NCBI GenBank assembly: GCA_964016885.1
Contig: OZ024742.1
Location: 130,882,001-130,946,000 of the forward strand
Source: Eledone cirrhosa
Lineage: Eukaryota
Direction of reading: 5' to 3'
DNA: 64,000 nt
Within the stretch, counting starts at the first letter, position 1. Every line of letters begins with the position of its first letter. Below the pieces are notes generated by a model. It made no database searches, was not told the DNA's origin, and was given only the letters and a program-made list of their open reading frames with translations. The position numbers and the translations under genes were made by a program. Below, one piece after another: positions 57,800-64,000 of this stretch.

Positions 57800-57950
57800 A
57801 ATTGGCAGAGCCATTAGGATACCGGATTACAAATAGTTCAGTGTTTGTGCCGACTATTGTGCTCTCAGTTGAAATCCCATCGAGTTCAATTTTGCTGTTG
57901 AACATTTCGAGGTTGATAAATAAAGTACCAGCCGAGTATTGAGTCGATTA
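57800..57950 (+). mobile_element. Diverged SINE (family of 2310-2870)
   Basis: gttgaaatcccatcgagttcaattttgc..gaggttgataaataaagtaccag motif. Confidence 0.6.
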
Positions 57951-58199
57951 TTCATATTTTTTTATCACTGTCTTTGTACTTATCCAAATTTACCTGTCAT
58001 ATGAAGGGCTAACTCTATACTTATATATATATACAAATATACATACAAGTACAGGCACATACATGTATATCGATCGAATCGATCGACAAGATCCCAGACG
58101 TCATTTACCTACTGTATGGGGTAGCACTCGCCAAATTGGACCAAGGAAACAATGTTTCCATTGTTTTTAACATTGCTGATACTATCTACCAGTCGCAGT

Positions 58200-58315
58200 T
58201 CCTCGCAGAATAAGTGTCATGCTTAAAGACTTAGGGCATCACCCGGTCCTGGAATCGAACTCACAACCTCACAATTGGGAATCCAATTCTCTAACCACTA
58301 AGCCACACGCTCCAC
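58200..58315 (-). mobile_element. tRNA-derived SINE head
   Basis: Reverse complement has tggcttagtggttagag (A box) and gagttcgattcc (B box); similar to 3010-3160. Confidence 0.65.
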
Positions 58316-58380
58316 TACATACACCTATATAGTTAAAATTGAAGAAAAATTTCTAAAGTTAAATGGAAACAACTATTTAT

Positions 58381-58482
58381 ATAGGAAAAAGTATGACCCC
58401 GACGGCAGAGCTCAAGCTGTTTCGACGGCTATTTCCGTCGAAACGGTTTGAGCTCTGCCATCGGTGTCACACTTTTTCCTAT
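58381..58482. repeat. Inverted repeat with ~48-bp arms and a 6-nt loop
   Basis: ataggaaaaagtatgac..tttcgacgg ctattt ccgtcgaaa..gtcacactttttcctat. Confidence 0.85.
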
Positions 58483-58569
58483 TACCCACTCTACTACTCT
58501 AAGTATTGAGTACTCTGGTGCGTTATGGTCCATCTGGTTCCTTACCACGCCTCATTCGTTATATATATA

Positions 58570-59182
58570 ATCACTGGTGACGGATAGTCCTGGTTTCTTG
58601 CTCTATTTTTTAATTCATATGTATCACATTCGCAACAACGCAGCACGCCATTTTTCATTCCTATATTTTTTCCCCTCGCTGTGACCTGTCTTTTTCTATT
58701 CCCTTACTGCTATCCTCTTTCTCTCTCCCCCTTCTCTCTCCTTGTACCTCTTACTTTCATTCACCCCTCTGCTGGTCAACCTCTCTCGGCTGGCCTCTTC
58801 CTCACACTTCCACTCACACACTCTTTGCTCTTCCCCCTCTCTCACTTCTCCCGTCTGACCTGTGTGAAATCCTTTTTCTCGCTTACATTTCGCAGGGTTC
58901 TGACGCGTCCTTCGTCTTCTCGTCAATGATTTGCTAGAACTTAAGTTCACATGTATCACTGACTTGTTTTCTCATGTTCCTCTCTTTACGTGCCTTACCA
59001 TTTTTGTTTGTTTACCTGTCTCTCTTTCTCCACCCAATTCTTTTTATCCCAATAACTTATTTTAGTTATTGTTCGCGCTGGCTTGAGGTATCTGGTCTTT
59101 TATGCGAAGAAATACCGATGATGGCCAGAAGATCACTGATGACGGATAGTCCTGGTTTCTTGCTCTATTTTTTAATTCATAT
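58570..59182 (+). repeat. 562-bp unit bounded by 51-bp direct repeats, TA-flanked
   Basis: 58570-58620 matches 59132-59182 with one mismatch. Confidence 0.75.
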
Positions 59183-60024
59183 ATATATTAATATAGATAT
59201 ATATGGGAAACTGTTCAAGACCCCGAGGGCAGAGATCAAGCCGTATCGACGGCTATTTCTGGACTAAATTAGATTTTTAGCGTGGTAGTAAATACCCGAA
59301 CTTTTCAAGGGGTAATTCCATATATGGGCGTGCGATAATGATGCATTTCTGAAGATTGTAGACGTCAAAAAGATTGGTCAACATTTCTTGTAAACACAAT
59401 TAAATCTTTCATGGTGGCGGGTGGGGGTGGTGTTGGCTGAATTTGCCTGTAGAACAATGTGGGATTGGGTTAAGCCAGTCAAGCGTTGAAAGTGAATTCT
59501 ATACAGCAAATTCTAAGGGGTGTGGATGAATTAGGCCACCACCACCACAACCACCACCAACACCACCACCACCACCACCACCACCACCACCACTATAACA
59601 CCCACCAACACTATCATCATCACCACCACCACCTCAGCCACCGCCGCTGTCATAGCTCACTCCTTCTCTGTCATTCAATCTCTCTCTCTCTCCCTCTCTC
59701 TCTCCCTCTCTCTCTCTCGTACACACATTCTTCCCATTTGTTTTCCACGGCGTGACAGACTTTTTACGCCACCGATACACCAAATCTAATATGATGGATA
59801 GATAGATGGGAACGAGTTAATGGAAATTGCTCTAAGAGTTCTTTTCCAGAAATCACGTTTAATCTAGAATCGAGCATCACATTTAATTATTGTGATTAGA
59901 TTTTGAAAAAAGTGCTTTTGCCGATATTAATATATTAATATTCAAGTTTTAATTGTAGTTAACTTGAATAGCGTGACAGCATCTACGATAGTATGGCGAA
60001 TCGCTAATAATGACAGTAGATAAA

Positions 60025-61006
<982 letters not shown>

Positions 61007-61130
61007 CGTACATAGATAGAGCAATATTTATGTATTATTCATTTTCATTTGTTTTAAGATTTTGTTATTAACATGTTGGTATAAATATGCATACACTTAT
61101 ACATGAGTGTTTGAATACAAATATCTGTAT

Positions 61131-61161
<31 letters not shown>

Positions 61162-61194
61162 CTCATACCTACCTACAACCTATCTATCTATCTC

Positions 61195-62174
61195 TGGCAC
61201 ACTGAGTGTGCCCAGGCGCTCACCGCCCTCTGGCAGGCGGATCCGGTTATCAGTGGAGACTCCACCGCAACATTCTATAGAGGGCTGGTACGCAGCAGGT
61301 GCGACGACGCCCTCGGAGAAGCCCTAGACATGGAGGAGGACGAACTGGCCAGCCTGTTCGGTAGGACATTCAGCCCGGGACCTATGGACAACTTCCAGAA
61401 GTCCCTGGCCTGGCAGTGCTACCGAGGGGCCTTACCCGTTCGAGAAAGGCTCTACAGACACGGGCGCCCGGGAAGGGACCCCGCCAAAAAGATCTGTCCC
61501 AGATGCGTGTGCGACGAGGAAACCGTTGCACACGCATTGGTACACTGCTCGGGCGTAGCCGATCTGTGGGGCTATGTCGAACAACTGCTGTCAAGGGTGG
61601 GACCGATCCGGTTGACCACCGAGTCGATTGTAATGATCAAGCCGCCTCCCCCCTTCAAAGATGAAGCAGAGGCGGTGTTTCTGTGCGTAATAGCCATGGC
61701 GAAAGAGGTTGTATGGTGGACGCGTCTGAAAGGACTGAGGTCAGGCACCTTTCTCTCTGGCCAACAACTGGTCCGTTTCTTCCGATATCATTTCGGAAGA
61801 AGGATCAGGATGGAGAGAGAGGTGCTGCACCCCAGCCGTTTCTATGAAAGATGGGTGAAAGTGGCGAGAATGGCCCGTGTGAATGGGCCTTCACTCTACA
61901 TCAGACTATAGGTGAGGAAGATAAAAGACCAAGGGAGCACCCCTTCTCTGTGCTCCTGAGGAGAAGGGTTGCACACTTTTTTCGGGGGTGTGTGCGACCC
62001 CCCAAGGCGCCTCCTCTCTATTGAGGATTTTGTTAAAAATTTTATTTTTTGTTATATCTTATTTTATTTTTATATTTTGTTATTGCCTTCTCCTTATTGA
62101 GGACGCCTTTTTGTGTAAACTCCCCCCTTTGTACTTGTCCCACTTTTGATGCCCTAGTGGCAAATAAAAGAAAT
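61195..62174 (+). mobile_element. Tx1-like LINE 3' fragment (second family) in (ATCT)n
   Basis: Translation homologous to 17005-17658 (DNFQKSLAWQCYRGALPVR, CPRC..ETVAHAL..C, ARVNGP); ends cctagtggcaaataaaagaaat; (ATCT)n on both sides. Confidence 0.88.
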
Positions 62175-62175
62175 A

Positions 62176-62222
<47 letters not shown>

Positions 62223-62225
62223 ATC

Positions 62226-64000
62226 TTGGGATGGACACACGCGTATAACTTGCTGAGTAAGTTCTGTTTAAATTTCTATAGAAATTCTTGTCTGATAACT
62301 TTAATTTTTGTACCATTTTGTAGAGGGACTGCCAGGTCAAACTTTGATCTGGTCAGTCTCTCAAAATATTCTACGCCTTTAGGCGAAATAGTTAAACAAA
62401 AAAAAAAAAGTTTTTTCTTGTTGAAAAGTCAATATTTTTTTAAATGGCCGAAGCTTCTTCACCAAAATTCGAAGGAGGAAAGGGGAAGATGAACTTACAG
62501 CTTCCCCCTGCCACTGTCACAGTAGCAGAGGTCAAGAAGAAAGGTCAGCCAGAGGAAGAATTCTCTCCACCTGTTAACCGACAACTTGACGTTGCCATGG
62601 CAACAACCCAAAGAATCAGCAGCAACAGCAACAACAACAACAATGCGACGGACGAAAACAACACCAATAACAATAACAATAACAACAACAACAAGACCAA
62701 TAACGGTGACAACAACAACAATGATAACAACAACACCACCAACGACAACAACAACAACACAAACAAACAAAATTTCTCCTTCGCCGAGACGACAAGGAAA
62801 ACCCTCGACTATCTGCCAGTAGATATAACAAAAGCGAAGGAGCTACTGGCGAATGCGAAAAAATATATAGTGTACGGGGAAAATGGTTCATTCACAATCC
62901 ATTTCCCCCCGGAACTAAAAAGCCAGAGACTCCTAAACACGGTCATGTTTAGGACAATCTCGAACAAAAGTAAAAAACCAGCTCAACCATCACAGAGCGA
63001 GATAGAGCTGGTTTTAAAAGACGTCATGAAGGACATCACCTTCATTCAGAAGGATAGACTCTACGGGAGTCTATCCATTCTCATGAAGGACAGGGACACA
63101 GCAGTGAAACTGTCCATCAAACCAATCACATCCACCGCATACACCTTCTACCCTACGTACATGGGTAGAAGAACACAAAAAATAAAAATCCACACCATCC
63201 TGCCGATTATGGACATATGGTGGGTTTTGACAGGTTTTCTGGACCTGGAGGATGACATGCTGGTGTCCATGGGAAAGGCATCGGGTGACGCGTTCAGTGG
63301 AACGAGCCTCGAACTTGTAGTTCAAATGAGGCCCGAAAGGATCGCCCAGATCCCTGAACGCGTCATACTGGATGATCTAACCTTCATCAACATTACCGTT
63401 GAGGGTAGACGGCCCTCGTGTTACCTCTGCGGAACCAGAGGTCACCTGAGGGCTGTCTGTCCCCAACTTAATAAGAAAACCCCAATCCTGCCTACACCAC
63501 CAACAACTGCACAACCAACACAATCACCACAACTACCACTACAAAAACAACCACCACAGCTCAAACCAAAACAAAACAATGTCCAACCCATCCCCTCCAC
63601 TCAAAAAACAAAAACAATTTCCAAAACACCCGTACCGCAAACACAACCCGAAAATATACCCCTCCCCTCCAACGCGGAAGATGACCCTAGTTCGTCGTCA
63701 GACGAGGAGGAGCACTTCCACACAATCAAAAGAAAAAAAAGAAAACACACCTCAGACACACAAATGAAAAAAACCCCTCCCCAAAACATAACACTGACAC
63801 CAACACAAAAGAGCTCACAACAGCAAACAAAAAACACCACACAAAAACAAAAACATGCATACACATACATAAATACAAGAAACAAAAAACTGTTAAACAT
63901 TGTGTACAACAACAATCTAATAAAAACACAAGGGCCTAACTTCACCCAGGCAGGGGATTTCCCCCACCTCAAAATGATTAAGGCCCCACAGGACACCTAT
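62226..64000 (+). mobile_element. 5' part of a Tx1-like LINE, starting directly after (ATCT)n and running off the window
   Basis: About 370-bp 5' UTR then an open ORF1 homologous to the 12931-14111 ORF1. Confidence 0.8.
62597..64000 (+). CDS. Tx1-like ORF1 protein (zinc knuckle), 3'-partial
   Basis: ATG in gccATGg context. By manual translation the frame is open to the window end, so it is absent from the ORF track: MATTQR..Asn-rich..FSFAE..TVMFRTI..YGSL..EGRRPSCYLCGTRGHLRAVC. Confidence 0.8.
   Translation, partial: MATTQRISSNSNNNNNATDENNTNNNNNNNNNKTNNGDNNNNDNNNTTNDNNNNTNKQNFSFAETTRKTLDYLPVDITKAKELLANAKKYIVYGENGSFTIHFPPELKSQRLLNTVMFRTISNKSKKPAQPSQSEIELVLKDVMKDITFIQKDRLYGSLSILMKDRDTAVKLSIKPITSTAYTFYPTYMGRRTQKIKIHTILPIMDIWWVLTGFLDLEDDMLVSMGKASGDAFSGTSLELVVQMRPERIAQIPERVILDDLTFINITVEGRRPSCYLCGTRGHLRAVCPQLNKKTPILPTPPTTAQPTQSPQLPLQKQPPQLKPKQNNVQPIPSTQKTKTISKTPVPQTQPENIPLPSNAEDDPSSSSDEEEHFHTIKRKKRKHTSDTQMKKTPPQNITLTPTQKSSQQQTKNTTQKQKHAYTYINTRNKKLLNIVYNNNLIKTQGPNFTQAGDFPHLKMIKAPQDTY

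Noticed and set aside
59486-59755. His-rich 89-aa ORF
   Set aside because: Derived from (CAC)n and (CT)n repeats.

Overview
Repeat-dominated animal genomic DNA with no recognisable host protein-coding gene. The microsatellite load and SINE families resemble a cephalopod (octopus-like) genome; this is an inference. The window falls into three microsatellite-defined transposon neighbourhoods. (1) 6.4-28.7 kb: R4/Dong-like (RT plus restriction-like endonuclease) and Tx1-like (ORF1 zinc knuckle, APE, RT) LINEs stacked in (TAA/TTA)n tracts. (2) 32.2-55.9 kb: a chain of elements in (TA)n tracts, including two 5'-truncated, 5'-inverted Penelope-like GIY-YIG elements, two RTE fragments, a hAT-like MITE and two arrays of a non-coding 465-bp unit. 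(3) 61.2-64 kb: a second Tx1-like family in (ATCT)n. The main observation is that every 465-bp unit carries a canonical minimal type I hammerhead ribozyme (25 copies in total). Each array is an internally near-identical, two-armed inverted concatemer with both ends in (TA)n at nearly the same unit positions. This fits a retrozyme-like circular RNA copied by rolling-circle reverse transcription with twin priming, probably by the machinery of Penelope-like elements; the neighbouring Penelope-like copies show the same inverted architecture and have their own hammerhead motifs. All structures were read by eye, with no folding or database search run.
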